Source: a virus
Virus record (IMG/VR): IMGVR_UViG_3300002026_000001
Span: 32,001 to 96,000 of that record
Length of the DNA stretch: 64,000 bases
Strand: one strand, 5' to 3'
Numbering within the stretch: the stretch's first letter is position 1; each line of letters begins with the position of its first letter. Shown here one piece after another: positions 36,149 through 45,058 of the stretch. Under the pieces are notes generated by a model, which saw nothing but the letters and a program-made list of their open reading frames with translations, searched no databases and was not told the DNA's origin. Made by a program: the position numbers and the translations under genes.

Positions 36149-38371
36149 TTACGCCTCAGTGGTTTTGTCTGTACTTGTCACGAAATATACGCATGCAATC
36201 CCAACCAGTGAGTTTGCGGAATTCTTCACATGAACAGAATAGTTGAGAATTTTCTTACCGTTAACTTGAATGACGTGCGGCTTTGTATCTGTGGACGTGT
36301 ATGCTGAGATTCGCTGGTCGGATATTGACATCCCTAGCAACTCCTCTTTTGACAGTCCGATCAATTGCTCAAATGCTTCGTTGCAACTGTTGACCAGCAA
36401 AGAACTGTCGAAGAAACAAACTGCGTGTCGGTCAAGAGAACCTGTCAGAGCCGAGTGCAGTGTCGATGCGCGACGAAGTTCAGTCACGTCAACGAAGCTG
36501 CCGATAAACCCTTCAGGCTTTCCTTCTGCGTTGCACAGAACCGAATGGTACACGACCATTTCACGGGCCTCTCGGTGCTTGTAGCTCCACAATGATACAT
36601 CAAATGACCGAACATTGCAATAGCCAGATTCGAGAAGTTGCTGTTCTTCTTGGTGCATGGTGGACAGCACGCCGATGAAATGCGACTCCTGCTCAAACAA
36701 CGTCTCGGACAGCAATGAGCGTGCGCCAGCCCTAACCAGATCATGCACATTCAAAACAGTCTTGCCGATTAGTTCTTCCTTTGTCGTCAGGAACAAATCA
36801 GCGAATGCTTGATTGCACATGACGTACTTGGAATCTTTGTCCTTGTAATAAATCGGAATCGGTGTCGCGTCAAAGATGCGTTGGTGAAACCGCTCTGCTG
36901 TCTTCAGGTTTGTAACGTCGGTCAGTAGGCAGAGCACGCCGTCAAATTCGCCAGAGACGTTTCGCAACGCTGACCTGTAGGCCACAGCATCACGAATCTC
37001 ACCAGTGATAGCATTTGGAATGCGCAACTCGTACGTCTGTGAATCAACCAAACCAGTTGTCAATTCAGTGTCGCGCAAGTTGTGTTCAGCCAACCCACTT
37101 GCAAACTGGCTTTGATATTCGGTAAGCTTGCACGCTGCGTTGTCTGCAATCATGTTCAACACATCAACTCTGGTCCGGCCAATGATCTGGTCGCGTGAAA
37201 GACCGATCAGTGTTTCGTACGCTAGGTTGCAACCGCAATACCGCAGGTCACGGTAAAGATAGTACACAGGGTTCTTGACGGACTCCATGAGCGTTGTCTG
37301 AAACCTCTGCACAGACAGTAGCTCTGTTAGGTCGACCATCGTCCCAACGGTTCCAGAAAATGCACCGGCCTTGTCACGCACTGCTGCCGAGTAAAGCGCG
37401 ATGTTGTGCGGAGTCTTGGTCCGTGATCCAAACACGATCAGGTTTTGCGTATTCACATCAGCCCGTTCAGCGTCATGCAGAAGCTCGTCAACACTGTCAA
37501 GGACTGACGCCGTGCTTGGTGGGAATATGTCAGAAGACGTTTTCCCCAAGATCATGTCAGGCCGCATTTCCATCAACTTGCAAAATGCTGCGTTGGCACC
37601 CAAGAACTTCAGGTCAGCGCCCTTATAGAACACCGGGTTTGGCATTGCCGACAACAAACCGAGTTGCAACTGCGTAAGGTTGTCGATCACTGCGTTCGCT
37701 GCAACCTGCTCCGACATATCCTTCAAGACCGCGATGAACACCAGATTGTCAAAGTTGTCCACGTCGATGTTTAGCACGTTGACGTAGGTGTTTATGTCAA
37801 GCACCTTGCCGGTCTTGTGGCAGCAGGTGAGTGAATGCACCTTGTTCAGTTCAGTGTTCTTCGACTGCACGTACAAGCGGTAGAAGTTTTTGCGCGTGAT
37901 AAATGGGGTTTGCTCAGTGCAAGTCTCGCGCATGTAGCGAACAAAGTTCTTTCCCTCGTCAAACAGAGACGCGGCGTTGATCTTGCGCCCAAGTAGAAAG
38001 CTAGACGAAGGCTTGCCGACCAACTCGTCATTCGTAAACCCCAAAAGACGTTCTGCGCTACTGTTGATTTCCAACACGTTGCCGTGGCAATCCAGACTGA
38101 TAAGAGCGTCCATCATGCTGTCCAAGATGGTAGCGTTTGTGCGTCTGGCCTTTTCCAACTCCGACGACAACGTCGCTGCCAACTTCACAGCCTCGTTCCG
38201 TGTTTCATGCACTTCGCGCTCAAGCGAAGAGTGTGTCTGTTCGAGACGCAAGAGGTCTTCCTTGCGTAAAATTGGCCGGGAAAAAGACATAACGTCAGCA
38301 AGCGTGCGAATCGTCTGCAAGTTTGTTGTATGCGCTCGACCGGGGATCAGGTTTTTCATAAACTTGAACAT
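36149..38371 (-). CDS. Coiled coil plus five tandem PAS domains, no output domain
   Basis: Five repeats of ...P.PV.Y.D...Y..cN.AF..L.G....L.GK.. closed by D.T linkers; the ORF ends directly after the fifth PAS. Confidence 0.85.
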   Translation of the reverse strand: MFKFMKNLIPGRAHTTNLQTIRTLADVMSFSRPILRKEDLLRLEQTHSSLEREVHETRNEAVKLAATLSSELEKARRTNATILDSMMDALISLDCHGNVLEINSSAERLLGFTNDELVGKPSSSFLLGRKINAASLFDEGKNFVRYMRETCTEQTPFITRKNFYRLYVQSKNTELNKVHSLTCCHKTGKVLDINTYVNVLNIDVDNFDNLVFIAVLKDMSEQVAANAVIDNLTQLQLGLLSAMPNPVFYKGADLKFLGANAAFCKLMEMRPDMILGKTSSDIFPPSTASVLDSVDELLHDAERADVNTQNLIVFGSRTKTPHNIALYSAAVRDKAGAFSGTVGTMVDLTELLSVQRFQTTLMESVKNPVYYLYRDLRYCGCNLAYETLIGLSRDQIIGRTRVDVLNMIADNAACKLTEYQSQFASGLAEHNLRDTELTTGLVDSQTYELRIPNAITGEIRDAVAYRSALRNVSGEFDGVLCLLTDVTNLKTAERFHQRIFDATPIPIYYKDKDSKYVMCNQAFADLFLTTKEELIGKTVLNVHDLVRAGARSLLSETLFEQESHFIGVLSTMHQEEQQLLESGYCNVRSFDVSLWSYKHREAREMVVYHSVLCNAEGKPEGFIGSFVDVTELRRASTLHSALTGSLDRHAVCFFDSSLLVNSCNEAFEQLIGLSKEELLGMSISDQRISAYTSTDTKPHVIQVNGKKILNYSVHVKNSANSLVGIACVYFVTSTDKTTEA

Positions 38372-38372
38372 G

Positions 38373-38696
38373 TCAACCACCACGTCTAGTCATTACTGAG
38401 ATAGTGGTAAGCACCGCTTTGACTTCACTGATTGCTTCACGAATGCTTATCTGGCTTTGGTGATACTTCTCAATGATCGAGAGAAGCATTTCACGTTCTT
38501 CACCATTCTTGTCGCTGATTAGCGTTTGCAGCTTGTCAACGACTTCTCTATACTGCTTAACGTCCTCGCGGTGTTCTTTGTTCGTGTTGTACTTGTTCCA
38601 AGCTAAATAGCCGATGATTAGCATCAGTATTGCGACAAGACCATTTCCGGTCCCGCCCAACACCGCGTCTACGAGTTTTCCTAGCGTTTCTGTCAT
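38373..38696 (-). CDS. Single-pass membrane plus coiled-coil protein (holin-like or PAS partner)
   Basis: TM GLVAILMLIIGYLAW followed by heptad-like helices; stop 1 nt before the PAS ATG. Confidence 0.6.
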   Translation of the reverse strand: MTETLGKLVDAVLGGTGNGLVAILMLIIGYLAWNKYNTNKEHREDVKQYREVVDKLQTLISDKNGEEREMLLSIIEKYHQSQISIREAISEVKAVLTTISVMTRRGG

Positions 38697-38722
38697 GTCG
38701 CTCTCCAATTGCCTACCAATTC

Positions 38723-38729
38723 AAATTAG
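38723..38729 (-). promoter_or_regulatory. Putative phage promoter element CTAATTT
   Basis: Intergenic, just downstream of a terminator and upstream of the membrane-PAS-TopoIB genes. Confidence 0.5.
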
Positions 38730-38761
38730 AAAGCTTGAAAAAATCACAACATATAAACGAC

Positions 38762-38786
38762 AAAAAGCCCACCGAAGTGAGCGTTT
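38762..38786 (-). terminator. Rho-independent terminator with UUCG tetraloop
   Basis: GCTCAC-TTCG-GTGGGC-TTTTT on the minus strand. Confidence 0.8.
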
Positions 38787-38796
38787 GTCAGAGTCA

Positions 38797-39021
38797 TTAT
38801 TTTCCAGCGTTGGGCATCTTCTTCGCGACATTGTCGACAATGATTGCCATTTCTTCTTTGAACTTGTCGACGTCCTTACCGACAAACGCTTCTGCAACTG
38901 CGTTGCCAGTGTCGCCGCCGAGACCTTTCATCATTGCTGACAGGAAGATGCTGCGGTGGCCTTTCGGCTTTTTGCCTTTTGATTCTGAGACCGTGTTGCC
39001 AAATGCGATAAGAGTTTTCAT
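38797..39021 (-). CDS. Small hypothetical protein
   Basis: 74 aa, ATGA overlap with the upstream ORF. Confidence 0.6.
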   Translation of the reverse strand: MKTLIAFGNTVSESKGKKPKGHRSIFLSAMMKGLGGDTGNAVAEAFVGKDVDKFKEEMAIIVDNVAKKMPNAGK

Positions 39022-39185
39022 TTCAGTTCCTTTGAAGTGGTTGGTTTTTGACTCTGGTCTTTAATCACAAGTGCTTTCATAAGCTCAACTCCGTCATCGC
39101 GTAGCCTGACCAACAGAGTTTCTCCAATGTAATCCTTTGGCAATTGAATGGTGACGACACCATCGACCGGTACTTGTATCTTCAT
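39018..39185 (-). CDS. Small hypothetical protein
   Basis: Start at MKIQVP; coupled to neighbours. Confidence 0.55.
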   Translation of the reverse strand: MKIQVPVDGVVTIQLPKDYIGETLLVRLRDDGVELMKALVIKDQSQKPTTSKELK

Positions 39186-39189
39186 TATC

Positions 39190-39393
39190 TCATGTCCGAA
39201 GTAATCCAGATACTGCAAGTGAAATTATCGTTCGCTGCAACCGTGGTGCTGGTAGTTGCCCCATTAGCACCTGCATCAAACGTTTTGCTTCACCACGTTT
39301 ACGCTCGGCGCTGATCTGATCGGAAAGTGCCTTCCCAAGAAGCTTCTTTCCAAGATCGGTCATCCTTTTCAAATCTTCAGCATCCCTATCCAT
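39190..39393 (-). CDS. Small hypothetical protein
   Basis: 67 aa helical, AAGGA RBS. Confidence 0.55.
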   Translation of the reverse strand: MDRDAEDLKRMTDLGKKLLGKALSDQISAERKRGEAKRLMQVLMGQLPAPRLQRTIISLAVSGLLRT

Positions 39394-39414
39394 GCGCGAT
39401 TCCTTATGTCGTGT

Positions 39415-39972
39415 TTAACCGAAAAGAAACTCTTTGAACGCGTCTTCATACGTCTTTGTGTTGTTCTCGTTGCGAATCCCGTGGTTCATCCACTTAGTGA
39501 ACTCGGCAACGTCACTCTTCGCATGGCGTGCACGGTACCCGACGAACAGTAGTTGGGTTGGAACCTCATGGATTCCAGACTTCTTGAGGAATTCCATGCG
39601 TGCGCGACCTTCATGACCTTCAACAACTGCAAGACCACCTGTCCCATCAACAAATTCGTCGATGTTTAGATACAGGCACGGACAACCAAACCCGTACCCA
39701 TTGTCAACTTTGTCTTGCAAGTATGGAACGCGCTCTCCGACGTCTGCGTCAGGCTTTGCCAAATTCAGGTACGTGGCGGGTGACATCATAGTCATGCACC
39801 CTTTGTAAAGCACGTTTTGGTTGTCGGGCGTTGCACCAAGACCACCAACGTTGTCGATGTAGATCGTGCCTGTCAAACGGTACGCTGACTCGGCAACAGC
39901 TAATGAAAAGGTCGGGAGCTTTGCAACCTGATCCGGGGTACGCTTCTTGTTACTAGATACTGAAATCAACAT
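39415..39972 (-). CDS. ParB/sulfiredoxin-like fold protein (putative); S-x-S leader (MLISVSS)
   Basis: P.LYL...VVEGHEGRAR...G...VP matches the ParB-like G.HR motif. Confidence 0.5.
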   Translation of the reverse strand: MLISVSSNKKRTPDQVAKLPTFSLAVAESAYRLTGTIYIDNVGGLGATPDNQNVLYKGCMTMMSPATYLNLAKPDADVGERVPYLQDKVDNGYGFGCPCLYLNIDEFVDGTGGLAVVEGHEGRARMEFLKKSGIHEVPTQLLFVGYRARHAKSDVAEFTKWMNHGIRNENNTKTYEDAFKEFLFG

Positions 39973-39984
39973 AGTACAGTTCCT

Positions 39985-40623
39985 TTACAGCTTGTAGAAT
40001 TTACCAGAGCAGACGATCCCGTCTGCTCCTTCCTTTGTTGCAACGGCTTCAGTGCGACCGTCGACAACTTTCACAAAGTTCCACAAAACGTCACGACCAT
40101 CAATGTTGCTGTTCTTCTGAATACCGCCGTGGTAAGTTCCGGTCAGCTTTGAGATAAGAAGCTTTGCGGTGATCTTGGACGCTGACGTGCTGACTGTCCT
40201 TTTCCCATTAGACATTTTAACGCCTGTCTTTTGTATGAATGCAATAGCTTCCTTTACCTCTTTTGCACCACCATACAAAGGTTTGGAGTCAGAATTCCCC
40301 ATGAACTTTTTTACAAATTCAACTTCGTCAAACGGCCCCTTAACGGAGCAAGAGTTTTCCATCGAAAAGTCGACCTCAATCTCTTCTTTACTTCTCTGAC
40401 CTAAATAGTCTACTGGAAGTCCGTCAACGACCAACACCACGTGGGTTACTTCATATGGAATTGACCGGCTGAATTTCTCACCGTTAGTGTTGCTGAGAAT
40501 GAAAAGTCGACCTGAAGGGAAAATAGTTTTCAAGGCAACTGCGTAGATTCCACACCCCTCGCTCATGTAATAGTGACTGGTGTTGTGGGTTGCCGACAAA
40601 GCAAGGCTAATAACGGTTTTCAT
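39985..40623 (-). CDS. Papain/transglutaminase-like Cys-His-Asp protein (putative); leader MKTVISLALSA
   Basis: EGCGIYAVAL...THVVLVVDG..VDYLG. Confidence 0.5.
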   Translation of the reverse strand: MKTVISLALSATHNTSHYYMSEGCGIYAVALKTIFPSGRLFILSNTNGEKFSRSIPYEVTHVVLVVDGLPVDYLGQRSKEEIEVDFSMENSCSVKGPFDEVEFVKKFMGNSDSKPLYGGAKEVKEAIAFIQKTGVKMSNGKRTVSTSASKITAKLLISKLTGTYHGGIQKNSNIDGRDVLWNFVKVVDGRTEAVATKEGADGIVCSGKFYKL

Positions 40624-42629
40624 ATACCAAGTTCTTTGTTCAGTTGTTGGAGGCTGAGAATCTTGACCCCCTTTGCACGTGCAGCGTCCAATTTGCCGCT
40701 GCTGGCGTTGGGGTCTTTTGCGACCAACAATGTCGTTGTACCACTAACGCTGCCACCAACCTTACCGCCTTGTTCAGCAATTGCGGCCTCTGCTGCTGCG
40801 GAACGAACACCGGTAAACACAACGACCTGACCTGACATCTTGTTGCCGACAACTTTCGGTTTCACATCGGCCTTAAACGTGATAGGCAACGTCTGTAGGA
40901 ACAGGAAACACTTAGTCAGGTTTGCGATAATCGGTGCTGCTGACTTCTCTTTGAAACCTGCGACGTCTTGCAACTGCGCTTCGATGCTAAGTGCAGTGTG
41001 CTTGATCGACATATCGAACAGCTTCGGACGTGCTTCTTTCAGTGAACGAAGTTTACGTTCACCAAGCAAAGGCCCGAGAATACCGGACCCCGCCATAACC
41101 TTGACCAAGTCTGCGTTGGTGCATGCCTTCTCGATGTTGCCTTGAATCTTTTCTGCTTTGCGCAACTGCCAACCCGGAAGGTTGATGTAGTCTTTCACGC
41201 GCAACTTGATGATCTTGCCAACCGTGTCGTATCCAGCGGCAAACAACTGCTGCACAACACCGAGGCCCATGTCATCAACCATCAGACCTTTCTGGAAGAA
41301 GTGCGTGATAGCTTTCACCTTCGTCGTGTCATTGCCGTGAACACCGCCGCCAGTCGAGGACTTGAGAACAAACTGCGTACCATTCTCATCCCACTCATAA
41401 TCCCCAACCAGCTTCTTGTCAGGCAAAGACGCGTTTGCACTTGGCTTCACGACGCTTTGAATGTATGGGATAACTTCACCGCTACGAATGATTGCGACTG
41501 TCGAACCAACGTTGAGCTTGTTGTCGACGATGAACTTGGCGTTGTGTGCTGTTGCATGTGTGACTGTTACGCCAGCCAGCTTGACAGGTGCAACGGTGAT
41601 GCGCGGAACAATGCGACCATGACGTGAGGGACGCCATTCGATCAGCGTGACCTTGGTCTCAGCGTAGTTTCCTTCGCTCGGAGCTTTGAATGCAATCATC
41701 GACAACGGGTTGCGCTCTGTCAACTTGTACGGAACGTCTTGTGCAATGACGATCCCGTCAATCATGTGGTCGGCCTTCTCGCGTGCGCGAAGATATTTCA
41801 GAACCTGTTCCTCGTTGAGTGTCTTGGCGACGATGTGGTGAACGGTTTTGAAACCTTGGGCCTCTGCCCACTTGAGTGCGTCAGAGGGCTTCATGCGCTT
41901 GTGCAAAACGTCAAACACCAGCGGCTCTACTGAGCCTATTGCTTCGTGCATGCCGCGAGTCTTGTTGACGATCCCGCTAGTCAGATTTCGTGCATTCTTG
42001 TACTTGCCAGCCCACTTCTTTTCAAACTCGGACTTCGACATGATGATTTCAGCACGCACACCAGTCTCAGCACCAGTAGGTGCACGCTTTGGCAACTTCA
42101 AATGCTGGATCGCATGTGACCAATCCATCCCGTGAGTTGCGGTACCTCCCTTGTACAACTTGTCGAAAACTCCGTTGTGTGACAGAAGCTCCATCGACAC
42201 ACCGTCCAGCTTGTCACTGAGAATGTACGGGCCGGGGTGCTTTGCCGCCCACTTCGCTAGACTTCCGTCACCATAGTACTTCTTGTCCAACGACGGCATC
42301 AGGTACGGTAGCTCAACTTCAATCTGCTTGACACCGACAGGCGAACGCGTTTGCGCAACCAACTTGCTTTCAGGTTGCGCTTCCTTCAACGCGGCCTCAA
42401 GAACATCGTACCGCGCATCGGTGATTTCCAGAAACTTCGTTGTTACTTTTTTCGGTGTATCAGGCAACTCAATGTCGCCACGGACAAGTTTACCAAACGC
42501 AACAATCTCAGCGACCAACGGAGTCAGCTTTTCAACAGGGACTTTGAAAAACCTGTCCTTGTTGTAATACGTGTCCTTGGATACTTCGATCAATTTTGTA
42601 ATCTGTGAAATGTCACGTTTGGTAAACAT
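40620..42629 (-). CDS. ligA: NAD+-dependent DNA ligase
   Basis: YYN.D, MPSLDK, KLDG adenylation motif, DGIVI, AFK, OB fold, HhH repeats, C-terminal BRCT (VVFTG...VSGTTTLLV..KLDAA). Confidence 0.95.
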   Translation of the reverse strand: MFTKRDISQITKLIEVSKDTYYNKDRFFKVPVEKLTPLVAEIVAFGKLVRGDIELPDTPKKVTTKFLEITDARYDVLEAALKEAQPESKLVAQTRSPVGVKQIEVELPYLMPSLDKKYYGDGSLAKWAAKHPGPYILSDKLDGVSMELLSHNGVFDKLYKGGTATHGMDWSHAIQHLKLPKRAPTGAETGVRAEIIMSKSEFEKKWAGKYKNARNLTSGIVNKTRGMHEAIGSVEPLVFDVLHKRMKPSDALKWAEAQGFKTVHHIVAKTLNEEQVLKYLRAREKADHMIDGIVIAQDVPYKLTERNPLSMIAFKAPSEGNYAETKVTLIEWRPSRHGRIVPRITVAPVKLAGVTVTHATAHNAKFIVDNKLNVGSTVAIIRSGEVIPYIQSVVKPSANASLPDKKLVGDYEWDENGTQFVLKSSTGGGVHGNDTTKVKAITHFFQKGLMVDDMGLGVVQQLFAAGYDTVGKIIKLRVKDYINLPGWQLRKAEKIQGNIEKACTNADLVKVMAGSGILGPLLGERKLRSLKEARPKLFDMSIKHTALSIEAQLQDVAGFKEKSAAPIIANLTKCFLFLQTLPITFKADVKPKVVGNKMSGQVVVFTGVRSAAAEAAIAEQGGKVGGSVSGTTTLLVAKDPNASSGKLDAARAKGVKILSLQQLNKELGI

Positions 42630-42642
42630 TTGTCTGTCTCGG

Positions 42643-43230
42643 TTATCGGGTTAAAACAATCTTGGCAAGAGCGGTTACAACCATAGGGTCGTACGTGGTT
42701 CCGCTTTTGATAATGTCAAGGGTTTCGGCTCTTGAAAATGCACGCTTGTAGGTTCTCGCTTGTGTCATTGCGTCAAAACCGTCTGCAACCGCAATAATAC
42801 GTGCCAGAAGATTTATGTCGCTCCCACTGACATTGTCTGGATAGCCTGACCCGTCGAAGTGTTCGTGAGTTTGAACGATTACGTCAGCAACTTCCTCAGA
42901 ACCGTCAATGCCGGACGCTTTAATGATCCTAGAGCCAGCATTTGAGTGTGTCTTCATCACTTCAAACTCAAGACTCGTCAACTCAAAATGACTGAGAAGA
43001 ATATTGTCAGGAATTCCAATCTTTCCAATATCGTGCATCAGGGATGCCACTTCAAGAACTTGCAGGGCTTCGTCTGGAAGGAAGCCCAAGCAGTCAGCAA
43101 GCAGCATAGAAAGTTTGTGGACTCGAATACAGTGCTCGGCGGTACGAGCGTCCTTTTCGAGAATGGCTTGCAACAGTGATGATTTTAAAGGGTTCATTCT
43201 TGGTATACTCTTCAAACCTGATTGTCCCAC
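42643..43230 (-). CDS. Stand-alone HD-GYP cyclic-dinucleotide phosphodiesterase
   Basis: H..RV, LMHDIGKIG, THEHFDGSGYP, IAVADGFDAM...R.YK; the start may be at 43197 (MNPLK). Confidence 0.9.
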   Translation of the reverse strand: MGQSGLKSIPRMNPLKSSLLQAILEKDARTAEHCIRVHKLSMLLADCLGFLPDEALQVLEVASLMHDIGKIGIPDNILLSHFELTSLEFEVMKTHSNAGSRIIKASGIDGSEEVADVIVQTHEHFDGSGYPDNVSGSDINLLARIIAVADGFDAMTQARTYKRAFSRAETLDIIKSGTTYDPMVVTALAKIVLTR

Positions 43231-43257
43231 ATCAGGTGTTGTGCAACAGAGACTAGT

Positions 43258-43581
43258 CTACCCTTTGGGATTTTTTTCTTGAAACTCTTTGTATAGTTTT
43301 TTGACCTTGTCCTTATTGCGTGGAACGTCGGAGTCAAGCTTCAACATTAGACGCACGGCTTCGAGCTTCGACTCAACTTCATCGAGCCACTCGTTATGTT
43401 CTGCCACACCTTCTGAATCTTGGTGGTTGGAGTCAATCCATTGCTTGAAACGCTTTGCTTCTGCAACGTACTGCGGTATGAAATCCATCAGCACTATTAT
43501 TGGGAATGGCTGAGTGTAATCTGGAAGTGGGTGCTTACCAACTTCGTATTTAAAACCAGAGATAGAGATTTTCATGGTCAT
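43258..43581 (-). CDS. Hypothetical protein; leader MKISISG
   Basis: 107 aa, coupled ORF. Confidence 0.6.
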   Translation of the reverse strand: MTMKISISGFKYEVGKHPLPDYTQPFPIIVLMDFIPQYVAEAKRFKQWIDSNHQDSEGVAEHNEWLDEVESKLEAVRLMLKLDSDVPRNKDKVKKLYKEFQEKNPKG

Positions 43582-44684
43582 GACCGCTTATCCGAGATTT
43601 CCAGTTTAGCGTAGTAGGACAGTATCGTTCCAGAGAAGACACCGCCCCAAGGCATTCCAACATTTGCAACGACAGCCCTACCAGTTTGAAACTTGCCAAC
43701 TGGTAAGTTCTTTTGATCTACAATCATCTTGGCGAGTTTTTGAGCAGCACGTTGAAACTTTGGAAAGAAGTCCCAGCCCTTCAGGTCAAGAGTTGCTGGC
43801 TTATAGATTGCGGCCGTTACAGAAGTTGTTGTGACCTGCAAGACACAAACGACTTCACCTGTTTGACTACGCGCAGTGAATTTCGCGTAAGCAACACCGT
43901 TGTCAAACCCGTGTGAAATGTCAGTTTCTTTAGCGAGAGTCTTCGCGCATGCTAGTGCATACGGCTCGAAGTCATGACCTAGCACATCAAACAAACCGGT
44001 CAGCTTTACCTGACCTTTTTCAGGCTTCAGCAACGAAGAGCGTTTCTTCAACTCTCTGACAGAGTCTTCTTTGATTATGTAGACTACACCGTCGCGGATC
44101 ACGCACGGGTACCCTTTGAATGTCGTCAGCTTGAACAGCTTCCCCTTGCTCAACGTCAACACGCGTTCTCCAGAACGCATCTTAACCGGACGGTCAAAAT
44201 TGTACATGAAGTGCTGAACCTTCAGGTCAGCAGATGACGACATGAACTGGTCACTAGAAACCGATTCAGCAAAGTCCATTGCCATCTGACGTACGTCTTC
44301 GTCGGTCTCCGCTGTCCATTCACCGCGCTCTGGCGTGTATGCGCAATCACCTTCCTTTACAGTGTCCCCAATCTGGAACCCGTAGATTGCGCGGTGTGAC
44401 CAACCGTACCACTTTCCATCTTTCTCAGAAAACCCAATACTGCAAACGGTGTGGTCAGGTTTCGCCACCACCGGTGCAATGCCGTACTTGTCGCAATAGA
44501 TTTTCGCAGCCCTCACATCACCAATGTACTGACCTTGAGGGTTGTAAGCCGCTTCGATGGTGACAGGGTTTTCAGGATCAAACTTCATGCTCCAGACTTC
44601 GGTGTTGACAACGTACAAGCCTTTGTCCACGCTATCCAGAACAACCTTTTCAATATCGCTACAAAGACTTATAAACATGGTCAA
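43578..44684 (-). CDS. Hypothetical protein; leader MFISLCS
   Basis: 368 aa; GFSEKDGKWYGWSHRAIYGF domain. Confidence 0.65.
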   Translation of the reverse strand: MTMFISLCSDIEKVVLDSVDKGLYVVNTEVWSMKFDPENPVTIEAAYNPQGQYIGDVRAAKIYCDKYGIAPVVAKPDHTVCSIGFSEKDGKWYGWSHRAIYGFQIGDTVKEGDCAYTPERGEWTAETDEDVRQMAMDFAESVSSDQFMSSSADLKVQHFMYNFDRPVKMRSGERVLTLSKGKLFKLTTFKGYPCVIRDGVVYIIKEDSVRELKKRSSLLKPEKGQVKLTGLFDVLGHDFEPYALACAKTLAKETDISHGFDNGVAYAKFTARSQTGEVVCVLQVTTTSVTAAIYKPATLDLKGWDFFPKFQRAAQKLAKMIVDQKNLPVGKFQTGRAVVANVGMPWGGVFSGTILSYYAKLEISDKRS

Positions 44685-45055
44685 CTCCGTTTGAGGACTT
44701 TCAACTTCGCAACGTCTAGTGCAATGTACATGTCGCCGACCGCACCGTAATCACGAAAGCCTTTGATCTTTATCAGGTCACAGCGTCGGCGACGTGCGTC
44801 GGCAATAACCTTTTCAATGTCTTCCAGTTCGTGTTCTTCTGGAATCTTTTTCCCATCGACTTCGTACATGTTGTCGTAGTCGACCCGAACAGTGTAGAGA
44901 ATCTTGCCAAAGCGTTGCGCACGAACTTTGGAAGGCGTCAGAAAAACTCCACCTTCGGCAGACGAGTCCAATGAAAACGTGTTGAACTCTTTTCCGCTGC
45001 CGTGATACAAGATGATGAATTTCGGTTTAGCTGACAGCGAGACGAGTACTAACAT
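44681..45055 (-). CDS. ADP-ribosyltransferase-like protein (ART-PolyVal-type); leader MLVLVSLSA
   Basis: LYHGS..F..F....GVFLT...A..FG..LY.V.V....D.I.I...D.Y.A.D pattern. Confidence 0.65.
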   Translation of the reverse strand: MLVLVSLSAKPKFIILYHGSGKEFNTFSLDSSAEGGVFLTPSKVRAQRFGKILYTVRVDYDNMYEVDGKKIPEEHELEDIEKVIADARRRRCDLIKIKGFRDYGAVGDMYIALDVAKLKVLKRS

Positions 45056-45058
45056 GGC

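Noticed and set aside
38373-38696. Firm holin call
   Set aside because: One TM plus coiled coil is compatible with a holin, but no endolysin or spanin is adjacent; kept as hypothetical
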